64,000 nt of DNA, from assembly GCF_009914755.1 (NCBI RefSeq), contig NC_060939.1; one strand, 5' to 3'. The position numbers were made by a program, and so were the translations under genes. Source of the stretch: the human T2T-CHM13v2.0 reference genome, Homo sapiens. Of the stretch, positions 1 to 13,112 are shown piece after piece. Numbering within the stretch: position 1 is the stretch's first letter; the number at the start of each line of letters is the position of its first letter. Under the pieces are notes generated by a model. That model searched no databases. It had not been told where the DNA came from and worked only from the letters and a program-made list of their open reading frames with translations.

Positions 1-717
1 GGGACATATGCCACCAAAATAAAGGAGTAAACATGAAAAAGAAAGGCTTAGGATCTAGGACCATATTTGTTAAATTGCACCAACATGCCCTGGAAAGCCA
101 GAAAGGGTACTACAGAAAGTTTCAGTCATCAAAGGATATATACAGTGACATTTGTTGGACATCACATGAATTACCACTAGTATTTGTTGAGACCAAAGTA
201 CTTAGTACACAGAACTATTAGGTATTTCTTTTTGGCATAGAGTGTCATTAAAGAAAAAAAAAACTGATTCAAAGGGCATTATAAAATGAGAGCATTTGAA
301 AATATTTGATCAAGTTTACGGGGTATCAAACAGAAGACAAAGGCAAAGTGAATCTTCAGGGGGATGATGAAAGGATGTTCTTCAAGACTAATGTTCAGCA
401 GGCCTAGAGTTGTACCAGGCAACACTGAAGCAGGTCAGGTGACTCTGGGAGAGCCTTCTTCAAAAGGGGGATGGGGAAAAGCGATAGAATGCCTGATGGA
501 TTTAAATGCTTTAAGAGAGAGGATCTGCACTGCTGAGAAGGTTGTGGCATGATTTATGACAAATACATTTTAAAAAGAAGTAAACTAACACGAGACAACT
601 GCTAACACACAGAAAAGAAAAATATTAAAAAGGAAAAAATAGCCATAGCAATATACATGGCTCATTTGATAATAGTTTTTTATCATGTAAAAATAATGCA
701 ACCACTGAATATCTTTA
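1..717 (+). mobile_element. Ancient, highly diverged L1 (L1M-type) fragment; probably continues at ~1966-2330
   Basis: A-rich sequence with an old-L1 appearance on both sides of the 732-1950 insertion. No ORF. Subfamily and boundaries uncertain. Confidence 0.4.
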
Positions 718-731
718 AAAATTTGGCTATT

Positions 732-927
732 CAATGTGGCAATTCCTCAAGGATCTAGAACTAGAAATACCATTTGACCCAGTAATCCCATTACTGGGTA
801 TATATACCCAAAGTATTATAAATCATTCTACTATAAAGACACATGCACACCTATGTTTACTGGAGCATTATTCACAATAGAAAAGACTTGGAACTAACCC
901 AAATGTCCATCAATGATAGACTGGATA
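732..927 (+). mobile_element. L1PA (approx. L1PA7/8) ORF2 3' fragment, first part
   Basis: Matches the end of L1 ORF2: ttcctcaaggatctagaactagaaataccatttgaccc ... aaatgtccatcaatgatagactggata. Confidence 0.9.
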
Positions 928-1871
928 TCCATCACCTCCAAATATTTATCATTTGTATATGTTGGGAACATTTCAAGTCTTACCTTCTAGCTGTTCTGAA
1001 ATATACAACACATTATTGTTAATTATAGTCACCCTCCCCTGCTATTAAATATTAGAACTTATTCTCTCTGTCTACCCATATGTTTGTATCTATTAACCAT
1101 CTTTTCTTCATCCCTTCCCATAACCCTTCCCAGCCTCTGATAATTATCATTCTGTTACCGAAACACCAGGAGTTTGGTCTAGATCCTGCTGCTCGGCACA
1201 CTGAAAGCCAATAATTGAGATGACAAGTATTGTGAAGGAAGAAGGCTTTAATTGGGTGCTGCAGCCAAGAGATGGGAGCTCAGTCTCAAATCCATCTCCC
1301 TGACTGACTAAAACTAGAGGTTTATATAGCGTGGAGGAATTGTAACAGCGTGTAAGAAAGCAGGACCTAGGCAGGGGAAAGGAGGCATTTGGAGCAGTGA
1401 CCTGGTGAGTTTTAGTTCTTTGATACTTTTTTTGAGAGGCTTGAAGGTCCTTTCCTGAGGAAGAAGCTCAGATAAAACAAATGTAAGTTTCAGGTTTTTA
1501 CAGCAGAAGGGCCAATTTCTATGTTTATCCAAAAATAACTATCTATGGGTCTATTTCAATTCTACTCTTTACCTCCATAAAATTAACTTTTTAGTGGTCA
1601 CATATGAGTGAGAACATAATGATATTTGTCTTTCTGTGCCTGACTCATTTCACTTAACATAATAATCTACAATCCCATCCATATTGCTGCAAATGACATT
1701 CTTTAATATGGCTGAATGTTATTCCATTATACATATGTAATATATGTGTATAAAATGGAATATATATGTATATATAATGGAATATGAATACACACACATT
1801 TTCTATACCCTTACATCTATTACTGGACACATGTACACATGTTGATCCATATATTGGCTATTACAAATAGT
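928..1871 (-). mobile_element. L1MA-type ORF2 end/3'UTR fragment, split by a solo LTR at 1153-1558
   Basis: L1MA 3'UTR motifs in antisense: tccatcacctc, gttaattatagtcaccct, atatgagtgagaacat, ttcacttaacataat. The sequence reads through once the LTR and one TSD copy are removed. Confidence 0.8.
1153..1558 (-). mobile_element. ERV1 (MER4-group, MER66-like) solo LTR
   Basis: TG...CA termini (tgttaccgaaacacc ... tttca) and an exact 4-bp TSD ATTC at 1149-1152 and 1559-1562. Family name from recall. Confidence 0.8.
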
Positions 1872-1950
1872 AACAACCATGGCACGTGTATACCTAACAA
1901 ACCTGCACGTTCTGCACATGTACCCCAGAACTTAAAGTATAATAATAAAG
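1872..1950 (+). mobile_element. L1PA extreme 3' end with A-rich tail, second part of the 732-927 element
   Basis: accatggcacgtgtatacc...aacaaacctgcacgttctgcacatgtaccccagaacttaaagtataataataaa. Degenerate TSD aaaatttggctatt (718-731) / aaaattgggtctatt (1951-1965). Confidence 0.88.
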
Positions 1951-2004
1951 AAAATTGGGTCTATTTTGAGAGAATATGAGAAATGTACAAATTTTTTAGC
2001 ACAC

Positions 2005-2028
2005 GTGTGTGTGTGTGTGCGTGTGTGT
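2005..2028. repeat. (GT)n microsatellite
   Basis: Directly visible, with one interruption. Confidence 0.95.
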
Positions 2029-2339
2029 ACAAGGAAGACCCTAAATCATGTTTCAGTTGGAAAATCCGAAAGATAACTTTTACAACTAAACACTTTTTAA
2101 GTAGCAATAAAATCATATTATAAAGTACCAAAATAATCAGCTAAAAGTGTTGAAGATGTCTACCTTTGGGGAAATAGTAACTGGGAGTAGGCAGTATGCA
2201 TATTTTTAATCTATGTATCTATCTATATCTATCTAGAAATGTCATAGAATATTTGTTTCTTAAAAATATGACTATAATTATTTAATTAATATTTTTAAAC
2301 TAAATAACTTTTAAAAACACATTTTAAGGTGTTGAAGCC

Positions 2340-4800
2340 TCATCTATTGTTGTATTGTAGCGCCAGCCTAGTTGTGATGAAATTCCCTCAGTTTTTGCTC
2401 ATATGGGAAAGACATTTTCCCCCTCATTTATGAAGGATAAGTTTGCTGAGTGTAGTATTCTTTGCTCATACTTGTTTGTTTGTTATTCCTTTCAGCATTT
2501 TAAATATATCATCTCATTCTCTCCTAGCCTATAAGGTTTCTGCTACAAGATAAATTGTTAGTCTGATGTGGGTTCCCTCATATGTGGCTAGATACTTTTC
2601 CTGCTGTTTTTAAAAATATCTCTTGGTCTTTGACTTTTGAATGTTTGACTATATCATGTCTTGTAGAAGACCTTTTTGAGATATATCTAGTTAGGTACTA
2701 CTGAGATTCCTATACCTGGATGTCTAAATCTCTTGCTACCCCTGGAAAGTTTTCAGTTATTATTTCGTTAAATAGGTTTCCTATGCCTTTGGCCTTCTCA
2801 TCATCTTCTGGAACATGCAAAACTTGTATATTTGGTCACTTTATGGTGTCCCAAATGACATGTAGGCTTTCTTCATTCATTTTTATTCTTTTTTTTCTAT
2901 TTTTTTAAATTTTTTTCTGACTGGGCTATTTCAAATATCAAAAGACCTGTCTTCAATTCTTTTTTCTGCTTGATCTAGTCTATTGTCGAAGCTCTCAATT
3001 CTTTATGCGTATTTGTTTCATTTGCTTGATTCCTGTTTGATTCCTTTTCATGATATCTACCTCTTTAAGTTCTCACTTATATCTTGAATTGTTTTCCTAA
3101 ATTCTTTGAATTGCTTATCTGAGTTCTCTTATATTCACTTGAGCTTTTAAAATATCATGATTTTGTATTCTTTTTTAAGGCATTTCATAAATTTTTCATT
3201 TTCAATTTTTGTTGTTGGATAATTATTGTGTTCTATTGGAGGTGTCACATTTTCTTACTTTTCCATGTTTCTTATGTCCTCACATTGATATCTGTGCATC
3301 TGGTATAATAGTCACTTCTTCCAACTTTTGGATTGGCTTTCATAGGGGAAGACTTATCCTTGAAAATAGCTATGGAGTTGATTGGATAGGGCACTTTACC
3401 TTTAATCTACATGCGTGCAGTAGCATATTCTCTGTATGATTTATTCAACTTTAAAGAGCATCACTGTTGTCTGAAATTTCTTCATTGGCTTACACTATGG
3501 TTGTCATCTGGGGCTTTGGTCAGGCTTCCTGAGGACAGAGATGCCAGGGGTACCAGTCCTCAGGCCCTTGTGGTGGCAGTGGTGGATCAATCATTCCTGT
3601 TCTTTTCCCCTAGGCGGCATACATGGGCGTTGGTCTTAGCAGATTCAGGTGAGCCAATTCTTGGGCTTCCAAGAGGCTTGATGCTGTGCCAGCAGTGACA
3701 GTGGTGGGCTGGGAAGGCAGGTAGGTCCTTGGGTCCCTGGGCAGCATGTGTGACACAGGTGATGGCAATATCAGTGGTGAGACAACACTTGAGCTCCCAG
3801 GTAGCACACGTTGGTGTTAGCAGTGGCTGTGATGGGCTGGGCAGGCCAGTCCCCTGGCTCCCAGATGGTGCATGTGGTGCTGGTGGTTGTGCCAGGCTGG
3901 GTAGATCCATCCTGAGGCCCCAGGAGGAGTGTACAGATGCCAACAGTGGTGGACAGGACAAGGAAGTCCTCAGGCTGCAGGTGTCATGCTCAGACATGAC
4001 ACTGACAAGGGGATCAGTATGGAGCTGGGCAGACCTATCCTAAGGTCCTCAAGGGTTGTGTGCAGTTTTTATCAGTTGTAGGCAGGATGGGGTGATCCCC
4101 AAGTCCCTAGGAAGAGTGCTAGGTTGCAACAGCAGTGGTGGTAAAGTAGGGGGGGATATCTTCAGGCACAAGCAAATGTGTGGTGGTCCTACTGCTGGGG
4201 GGAGGTGGCAGGGTTGCTCTCAGTTCAGTTATCCCAAGCAAGTGGCTCTGGAGGTGGGTTGTTGCTATCAATAGCAGTGGAACCAAACAGGTGGCTTTCA
4301 GGCTCTTGGGGCACAAACTTCAGCTCCCTTTGTCCCAGGGTAACTTCCCTAGTGCACTGTACTCCTCATTCCACAGAATATAGAACACTGTAGGAGCTAG
4401 ACTGCTGGGGACCCTGTCACATTGCTAGGTCAAAAACAATGTTGCACCACTGGAACCCTCTTGGTAGATGCGAGGAGATGTCAGTTGGGCCCCAGGACAG
4501 GAAGTAGCCTGGTGGGGCCTGGGGTCTCAAAATGGTGCTGTGCTGCTCCTGCGTAGTTCTTGAGGGGTGTGTGGGACCTCGCGTGAACTTCTTCTCTCCA
4601 GGATCCTAGGAAATCCCGGCCAGGCTGGCTGCCTCACTTGCCTCTTCTTTCATGCCTCAGGTGTTCCCTGTCATATCTCTGCTGAATTCCAGGGTTCTTA
4701 GATTCTCTATTCAAATTATGATTATCCACTTGCTGTTTTGGTCCTTCTGGGTGGAGAAGGGGAGTCCTGGATGTGGCTAGTCAGCTCTCTCGAACACTCC
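2340..4800 (-). mobile_element. Old L1 (L1M/L1MA-age) ORF1 region plus GC-richer 5'UTR
   Basis: Antisense ORF1 motifs (gatgaaattccctcagttttt, ctcattctctcctagcctataaggtttctgct, ggaaagttttcagttattatttc), then a GC-rich 5'UTR-like block at ~3400-4800 ending ctagtcagc. Confidence 0.75.
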
Positions 4801-4874
4801 CTCAACCATAACTTTTTATTTAAAATCCATAGTGATTTGAATTGTTATTGCCTTAGGAGTAGTGTTTCAGTTTC

Positions 4875-5287
4875 TGTCTTGGTCTATGTTGTGTTGCTAT
4901 AAAGGAATACCTGAGGCTGGTTAATTTAAAAAGAAAAGGTTTATTTGGCTCATGGTTCTGTAGGCTCTATGGGAAGCATGGCGCCAGCATCTGTTTCTGG
5001 TAAAGACCTCAGAAGATTTCATTAGTGGTGGAAGAAGAAGGAAGAACGGGCATGTCACATGGCGAGAGAGAAAGAACAAGAGGGAAGGAGGTGCTTGGCT
5101 CTTTGTAACAATCAGATGTCATGGGAACTAAGAGAGCAGGAAGTCCTCATTACCAGGGAAATAGCACCAAGCCATTCATGAGGGATCTGCCCCCATGACC
5201 CAAATACCTCTCACTAGGCCCCGCCTCTAACACTGGGGATAAAATTTCAACAGGGGATTTAGAGGGTCAAATATTCAGGCTACATCA
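4875..5287 (-). mobile_element. MaLR solo LTR (MSTB-like)
   Basis: tgtcttggtc...gttgctataaaggaatacctgaggctgg...ccattcatgagggatctgcccccatgacccaaatacctc...tacatca; about 410 bp. Confidence 0.88.
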
Positions 5288-5289
5288 AT

Positions 5290-6395
5290 TTTCCTCTGGC
5301 TATTTTTCAGATTTTTTTTTTCTGAATCTTAATTTTCAACAGTTAGATTATGATGTGGCTGGGCATGAGTCTATTTGGATTTATAGTTTTGAAGTTTTAC
5401 TGAGCTTCTTAAATCTGTAAGTTCTTCTATGAAACTTGGGAAATTTTAGTCATTATTTAAAAATATTTATTTTAGTAGTCTGATTATACCAATGTTAGAT
5501 ATTTGGTTTTGTCTCACAGATTCCTGTATTTTCTTTTTTGTTTCAGTCTATTTTTTCTGTTTTTAGATTAGGTATTTTAATTTATATATCTTCAAGTTCA
5601 ATAACTATCTTTTTTGTCATTTCCATTCTGCTATTAAACTTATTTTATAATTGCCTTTTTAATGTTTTGTTTGCTTTTGTATGTCTTCCATTTTATTGTT
5701 TAAATTTTCTCTCTATTTAAGAGTATTTGCCCTTATTTCTTAGAGTATTTGTATGATAGCTACTTTAAAAAGATTTAATAGATAAATCTAAATTATGGCT
5801 GATCTCTATGTGGATGTCCTTTTTTTCTCCCAGGCAAAGTGAGACTTTCCTGGTTCTTCATATGTTAATAAACTTTGTATTACTTTCTGATATTAGAATA
5901 TTATGTTATGAGACTTTGGGTCTTGTTCAACTTTTGTGAAGAATGTTTCTGTTTTTCTTTTATCAGGCAGTAGATATGGTTAGGCTCAGATCACAACTTT
6001 CGAACAGCTGCTTCTGAGGGATACGTTTTCAATGACCTTTTTCATTTTCAAAGCCTTCGCAATGTTATTTGGATCTTTTCTGGGCATATATCACCCAATG
6101 TCCCATCTGGGACCTAGGTGGAGGTCTATCATGGGATTCAGTCCTCAAAGTCTTTGTTATGTTGTGTTGGAGCACTATATGCATATTTGAGGGTCAATCT
6201 AGGAGTTCATAAACAACTGTGTATATATGGTAAGTTTCTCTACCAACTCCTATGCACTATCTAATTTCTGAGACTTTCTTTTGGTTCTGTGATTACAAAG
6301 CTGTGGAATTATTTATTTTACTCTATAATGACTTCCCACCAGTATGTTTTAGCTTGAGGTCAAGCAGCAGGAGAAAAGAGAGAGAGAGAGAGACA

Positions 6396-6443
<48 letters not shown>

Positions 6444-6900
6444 GAGACATATTTTCCACACCTATTTGTGACCATAGCTTCTGATGAGAAATTGAAGTTC
6501 ATCTCCCTCAGAGTTTTAGGTAACTGTGGATTCCAGATGCTACCAGTTTTGCTTATAGGACCCCCATTTCTCAGTCTTTGAGCCTGAGCTATGTATTACC
6601 CAGTGTCCAGTCTCACTCTCTGAGCCTGAGCTATAATGCCCTTCCGAAGCTCTCTCTGTTCATGCCCATGACCACTTGTCAGTTTTTGGCAGCCTTGAGA
6701 GAAGGCCAGGGGATACTAGAGGATGAAAAAACAATTATCTCTGACTCAGTGGAATTTCAAATTCTACTCTTCTCTAATATGCCTACTACTATTGACTTTT
6801 CTGAGTCCTCAAATAGTTCCTTCATGCATCTGCCCAAGGTTTATAAGCACATTTCATGAGATAGACAAGCTAGAGTTCTGATTCCATCTTATTTAGAACT
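5290..6900 (-). mobile_element. Ancient L1 ORF1/5' region
   Basis: T-rich antisense old-L1 motifs: tactgagcttcttaaatctgta, gggaaattttagtcattatt, tatcttcaagttca. Confidence 0.6.
6377..6441. repeat. (GA)n(CA)n compound microsatellite
   Basis: Directly visible. Confidence 0.97.
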
Positions 6901-8179
6901 GGAACTACTGGTCGTTTCTTATTTATGTATTCATGCATTTAGGTTTGTACTTCCACAGTTAAAACTGTCTATATTTCCACATTGCTGGCTTCTTTCTTTT
7001 GATAAGTTTTCTGGGGCAGGCAAAATTTGTTTCTTACAACTCATCACACAATCCATAAACAATATATTTTCAGAAATGGTAATTTCAAAAGAAGTTAAAA
7101 TTATTACACATTCACCACATCCCCTTCTCTTGTCCTGCTAATTGAATAGTATATATTCTAACACTGGGCTTCCATTGAAGTGCAGCTGTCATTAAGACAA
7201 AGTGGCTTTTTATATACAGAACATAAATTATTGCAATAGATTAGTAGGCATTTCAAATTATGGGAAACCCAACTGAGGGGCTAAGATTGCCAGAGTGAAC
7301 AAAAATGAAAAAAAGTATGAAATACATGGTGAATATACACACATCATTCAATCACTGCAGTCAGATTTCTAAGTAGATATAATCGACTTTATTTTGTGGA
7401 TGAGAAAAAATAGTGAAGATTTTGTCACCTACTCACACACTTACTCTGAATCAGGGAAGGAGAAAGGTACCACTAATGAGTCCCTTCACAGAGCACAGTC
7501 ACTTCCCTGAACTTATATAAATGATGTGGTGACAGCACACTTCAGAAAACCATTTTCAGAGCCAACGTTTTTTATTGTTTTATTCTGTCATCTTTGCAAC
7601 GGACCTTTCAGAGCTGAAGCTGACCGTGATGAAACTGTCACTCTTGCTTTATTGATAGTGTTTTTGTGGATCCTACAAGTGTCCTAAGGAACACTTGGAC
7701 TTTTTATGCACATTCATATGCTTAATAAAAAGTGCTGAAGATTGTGGGCCTGAGGTCTAGCTTGGAGAGCAATAAGCATTGGCCATAGGTTTCAGAATGA
7801 GAAGATTTGGTGTTGCTGAAAGGGCTGAGCAAGCTGAACCAAACACTTTCACTGGATAATTAATTATTTTAAAGGCTAAGTTTCAAGGATTGTGTAGCCT
7901 TTGTTCAACGCATGCAGTACATGTATCTCCCAGTTTACCAATGACTAATAGTGTAAAATAAGACAAGGAGAAAATGGATAATAGCCTTTTGACAGACTTA
8001 GCCTAGATTACAGGTAAGCCTGGATTACTGGGAAACAGAACTCACAAATTAACATCCATATAATGTTTTCTTTTTTAACTTTTAAGACTCAGTTGAAAAA
8101 TTATTGCCAAAAATAATACTCTCTGTAGTTGTATTTCACATTATAGGAAGGTCTGCCTGTTGGCACTCGATTCTTCTAG

Positions 8180-8290
8180 TTATCCTGTGAGACAGATGAG
8201 GCATGTTTTATTATCTTCATTTTATATATGAAGAAATGAGGCCACAGATAATATGGTCCAATGTCACATAGTAGTTGTGTAGCAGAAAAG
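8180..8290 (-). mobile_element. MIR fragment
   Basis: atcctgtgag...attatcttcattttatatatgaagaaatgaggccacaga...ccaatgtcacatag resembles the MIR core. Confidence 0.7.
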
Positions 8291-8344
8291 GTTTCCAACA
8301 GGTAAATGGTGTTTCCATTTATGCACCTCCCACTTACTCTTCAC

Positions 8345-9020
8345 GTCACTGTAATCAGGCTTTCACTCCTACCACTTCAGAGCAAAACTACACTTCCAGA
8401 GGTCATTGATCACCTCCATGTCTTTATAATACATGCCCTCCCAGCAGCACTGACACTGTTGCCCAGTGACTCCACACTGAAATCCTCTCCTGCCTTTTCT
8501 CCTATTTTAGTGGCCTCTGCTTCTCTCCACTCTCCTTTGCTGGAGAAGCCGTCTACTCCAAATTTTAAATCACAAAGTTTCTCAAGGATTGAAATTCCAA
8601 GGTCTCTTCTCTCTAACCATATATTTCTATGCATGCCTAGCAACTCCCATAGTGTAACCTTAAAATAAAGACATACTGACTTTTATTATAAAAGACAGTT
8701 TTCACCTTTCAATGCTTCTGAGAATTTATATCATTCATGCCTGAATATTCTCTTTTTAATGCATTTATTAATTTACTCAACAATATTTATTGATGGTCTA
8801 TAATTTTTTGAAAATTCAGAATGCAACATTGCAAAGATTAAAAGAAACCCTGCCCTCATGGAATTTACATTTCAATGGCCAACACAAGTAATAAACCAAC
8901 AAAACTTGATGTGTAATACATGTTGAGTGTAATAAGCCCCATGGAGAAAAAGCATTTGAGAGTGGTGGTGGTTGCAACATGGAAAAGACAGGAAAGTTCA
9001 TTACGAATGAAAGCACTGGG
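8345..9020. mobile_element. L2 fragments in two orientations
   Basis: caggctttcactcctaccact...gtcattgatcacctccatg (+) and actcaacaatatttattga...ccctgccctcatggaatttacatt (-). Confidence 0.6.
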
Positions 9021-9214
9021 TGACCCTGTAGAAAAAACTGTTACACCAGAAAGAAATGGAATTAGATAAAATAAAGCCTGTGTTGTTTTTATTTTTTTAC
9101 CTTTATGTATTATCAAAATTTATTCTAAGATATTAAAGAGTATGTGCTTAGAGCAGTGGCTGTTTACCAACGAATCCTGTGTTTTATCATGCCTCTCTTT
9201 TCCGCTACATTTAT

Positions 9215-10929
9215 TCATTTGTTTTTAAACTTTCATTTTAGGTTTGGGGGTACACATGAAGGTTATATAGGTGAACTCATGTTATGGGGGTTTGTTGTAC
9301 AGATTAGTTCATTACCCAGGTATTAATCCCAGTACCTAATAGTTATCTTTTCTGCCCCCTCCCTCCTTCCATTCTCCAATCTCAAGTAGGCCCCAGTGCT
9401 TGTTGTTCCCTTCTTTGCGGTTCATGACTTCTCATCATTTGGCTCCCACTTAACGTGAGAACATGCATTATTTGGCTTTCTGTTCCTGTGTAAATTTGCT
9501 AAGGATAATAGCCTCCAGCTCCATCCATGTTCCCACAAAAGACATGATCTCATTCTTTATTATGGCTGCATAGTATTCCATGGTATATATGAAACATGGA
9601 ATTGCCTTTATACAATCTGTTGGACATTTAGGTTGATTTCCTGTCTTTGCTATTGTGACTAGTGATGCAAAGAACATTCGTGTGCAGGGATCTCCATGGT
9701 AGAACGATTTATATTTCTCTGGGCATATACCCACTAACAACATTGCTGATTCTCCTTTTAGCTCTTTGAGGAATCATCATACCGCTTCCCACAACTAATA
9801 TGGCTGAACTAACTTAGACTCCCACCAACAGTGTGTAAGTGTTCCCTTCTCTACGTAACCTCACCAGCATCTGTTATTTTTTTTGACTTTTTAATAATAG
9901 CCATTCTGATTGATGTGAGATGGTATCTTATTGTGGTTTTGATTTGCATTTCTCTAATGATCAGTGATAATTAGCTTTTATTATATGCTTGTTGGATGCA
10001 TCTGTGTCTTCTTTTGAAAAGCATCTGTTCTTGTCCTTTGCCCACTTTTTAATGGGTTGTTTTTCTCCTGTACGTTTGTCTAAATTCCTTATAGATGCTG
10101 GATATTAGATCTTTGTCAGATGAATAGTTTGTAAAAATTTTCTCCTATTCTGTAGGTTGCCTATTTACTCTGTTGATAGTTTCTTTTGCTGTGCAGAAGC
10201 TCTTAAATGTAATTAGATCCCATTTGTCAATTTTTGCTTTTGTTGCAATTGCTTTTGGCATCTTTGTCATGAAATTTTTGCCCACTCCTATGTCCAGAAT
10301 GGTATAGCCTAGGTTGTCTTCTATGGATTTTATAGTTTTGGGTTTTACATTTAAGTATTTAATCCATTTTGATTTTGTATATGGAGTAAGGAAAGGGTTC
10401 AGCTTCGATCTTCTGCATATGGCTAGCCAGTTAACCGAGCACCATTTATTGCATAGGGTCTTCCCTATTGCTTGTTTTTGTTAGCTTCATCGAAGATCAG
10501 ATTATTGTAGGTGTGCAGCCTTATTTCTGGGCTCTGTATTCTGTTCCATTGGTCTATGTGCCTGTTTTTCTACCAGTACCATGCTGTTTTAGTTACTGAA
10601 GTTGGGTAAAGTGATGCCTCCAGCTTTGTTCTTTTTGGGTTGCCTTAGCTATTTGAGCCCTTTTTTTGGTTTTGTGTGAATTTTAGAATACTATTTCCTA
10701 GTTCTGTGAAGAATGTCCTTGGTAGTTTGATAGGAATAGCATAGACTCTATAGATTGCTTTGGGCAGTATGGCCATTTTTATGATGTTGATTCTTCCTAT
10801 CCTTGTGCATAGAATGTTTTTCCATTTGTGTCTTCTCTGATTTCTTTGAGGAGTGTTTTGTAATTCTCATTGTACAGATCTTTCACCTCCCTGGTTAGCC
10901 ATTATTCCTAGGTATTTTATTCTTTTTGT
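9215..10929 (-). mobile_element. 5'-truncated L1PA (approx. L1PA13-16), ORF2 3' third plus 3'UTR
   Basis: Continuous antisense L1 3'UTR and ORF2. ORF 9468-9743 translates as an ORF2 C-terminal relic ([29 protein letters not shown]). Confidence 0.93.
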
Positions 10930-11090
10930 CTCACTAAATTTATATTGTGGGAAAAACCTTTAGCCTCTCTGTGACAAATTCTTAGATAATTTCTGAGAAC
11001 ATTTTTAGGTCTACAGTTTTATCAATTATCTTGAAAAAGATGAGTCAGAGACGGAGGAATAGATAAGAAATAGAGATATTGAGGATTATA

Positions 11091-11323
11091 GGCCATGTGT
11101 GGTGGTTCATGCCTGTAATCTTAGCACTTTAGGAGGCTAAAGCTGGTAGACTGCTTGAGTACAGGAATTTAAGATCAGCCTTGGCAATGTGGTGAAATCC
11201 TGTCTGTATAAAAAATACAAAAATTAGCTAGGTGTGGTGGCATGCGCCAATGGTCCCAGCTACTCGGGAGGCTGAGGTAGGAGAATTGCTTGAGCCTGGG
11301 AGGTGGAGGCTGCGGTAAGCATG
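11091..11323 (+). mobile_element. AluJ-type element, 3'-truncated
   Basis: Left arm, A-linker and a right arm ending at gaggctgcggtaagc. J-type features (gcttgagcctgggagg, gaggctgc). No tail. Confidence 0.9.
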
Positions 11324-12764
11324 TTAATAAGGGTCTGGGACCTTTGAGAACTATGAGGACATACCCAGTTATTTATTCTCATGACTTCTACCAACTCGCA
11401 AGAAAACAATAGGCATTCCTATCTTTGTTCATTCTTTTTATGTGAAGCATATGTTATTTCTCAATAATCTACAAATATGGAAATATAGAGAGACTCTTAT
11501 TTGGTTGCTTTGTTTTCTCCTGCTTTTCTTCTTTCTAGTAACATAACAACCAACATATATATGGCAAAATTCAAGTTGCTGCAGTTTGAGGTTCAGTATT
11601 GTTTCTAGCCTCACATAGAGAGGCTTCTTCCATTAACTTCAGCTGATCTCATTTTCCAGCCTTCTAAGTTTAATCAAGTTAATTGTTAGTCTCAGGGAAA
11701 CCAAGGTCCTCTCTAGCTGGTTTTGTTAGAATTCTGATCTATCCTATGTCCTCTGCATTCATATGATACCCCAGAGGTTTGTCCTCTTATCTCCCTAACC
11801 CTTTATATAAAAGCCCTTAAATCTTTCCAAGGCATTAAGTATGCTTTAAGCCCTCACATACTGCAGTCATGTAAGCACTTGCTTTTAACTGGTCAATAGA
11901 ATGGTATTATCAGTTCCTTTTAACACTACTTTCTTATTTTATCAGAGTTCCCAACATTGGGCTATATTTCTGCTTCATCCCTGAAAGACTCTATGTTTTC
12001 TATTCTATGGTAATGTAATTTTCTTCTTGTCAATGTCTATCACATACAGATCTATATCACAATAACCATATTTGCTTGAGATAATTGTTTTAGCTAGAGG
12101 AATGAACTAGATATATGCACAACTGGGAATGCAGTTATCCACACTGGGCTCAAGTGACACAAAATAACATGATTTTTGTCTTTGGGAACCCAGGTTTACT
12201 CTGAGTCATTAAATAAATTCCAGAATCTTTCTGAAAGTGTTTACTGCATTGTTAGAGCCGTCTTAAGAATTCTGATAAAGACAATTTAAAACATTTAATA
12301 TTCTGAGCTTACTGATTGAGAAGTCTTATTTTAAATATATTAATGCACCCATAAATAAGGAACTCAAATATAGCTACTGTAATTCCCTGAGTGCAGACTT
12401 TTAATGAACTAACAATTAATGTAAGGACAAATTCTCATCACAAAGCTCCCTCTGTTCATAACTGCTAAGGCTTAGTTTATGGTCTGTTGATTGGCTGAGG
12501 GAAGTTAATTGAAAGTAATTATGTACAGACAATTCACAAACTATGAAAAATAAAATAAATGTTAAAAAGTAAGCCTCTGTGGCACAATTCAGTGGGTCTT
12601 ATGGCAAGAGCAATAAACTAAAACTTCTATATTATATCCATATAACAACTTTCCATGGTGTTGTTTGGAAAATAATGTAAACCAATGTCAGTATCCTTCT
12701 AAGTGGAGGAACCACTATCTAGGTTTCATCTCAAAAATCATAAATTAAATGCAAAGAATATTAA

Positions 12765-13020
12765 TTATTCAAACAACATCTATTTATTTGCTATATGCCA
12801 GGCGATGTACTCAGTATAAGGAACTAAGAGAAAATCAAAGAATTTAGGCTGCTCAAAGTCCAGTAGGAAGACCAATATACAAAAAAAGTATAATGCTGTG
12901 TAAAAACAAATAATGCTAACAAAATGTTACAAAAAAGCATAAAGGGGCAAATAATTCTGGGAAAGCTAGGAAGACTTCCCAGAGGAGATTGCATTTTAGT
13001 TAGGCATTCAAGGTGTTGTT
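12765..13020 (-). mobile_element. L2 3' fragment
   Basis: attcaaacaacatctatttatttgctatatgccaggc...ggaagacttcccagaggag. Confidence 0.55.
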
Positions 13021-13074
13021 CCATCAGACCAAGAAGAAGAAAGGAGAAACAGATTCCTGTGTATCACACTTTAT

Positions 13075-13112
13075 TCTCTCTCTCTCTCTCTCGCACGCAC
13101 ACAGACACACAC
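13075..13112. repeat. (TC)n(CA)n microsatellite
   Basis: Directly visible. Confidence 0.9.

Noticed and set aside
3411-4393. Cluster of overlapping 65-136 aa ORFs
   Set aside because: They lie in the GC-rich 5'UTR of an old L1, where stop codons are scarce. No recognisable domain.
6252-6581. 109-aa ORF with an ERERE-THTHTH tract
   Set aside because: It is a translation of the (GA)n(CA)n microsatellite.
6579-6633. 14-bp direct repeat tgagcctgagctat separated by a short spacer
   Set aside because: Only two copies inside an old L1; a local duplication, not an array.
8011-8019. Isolated strong splice donors (CAG|GTAAGC here; others near 23560, 53000, 57570, 58380)
   Set aside because: Several are expected by chance and I found no convincing paired acceptor.
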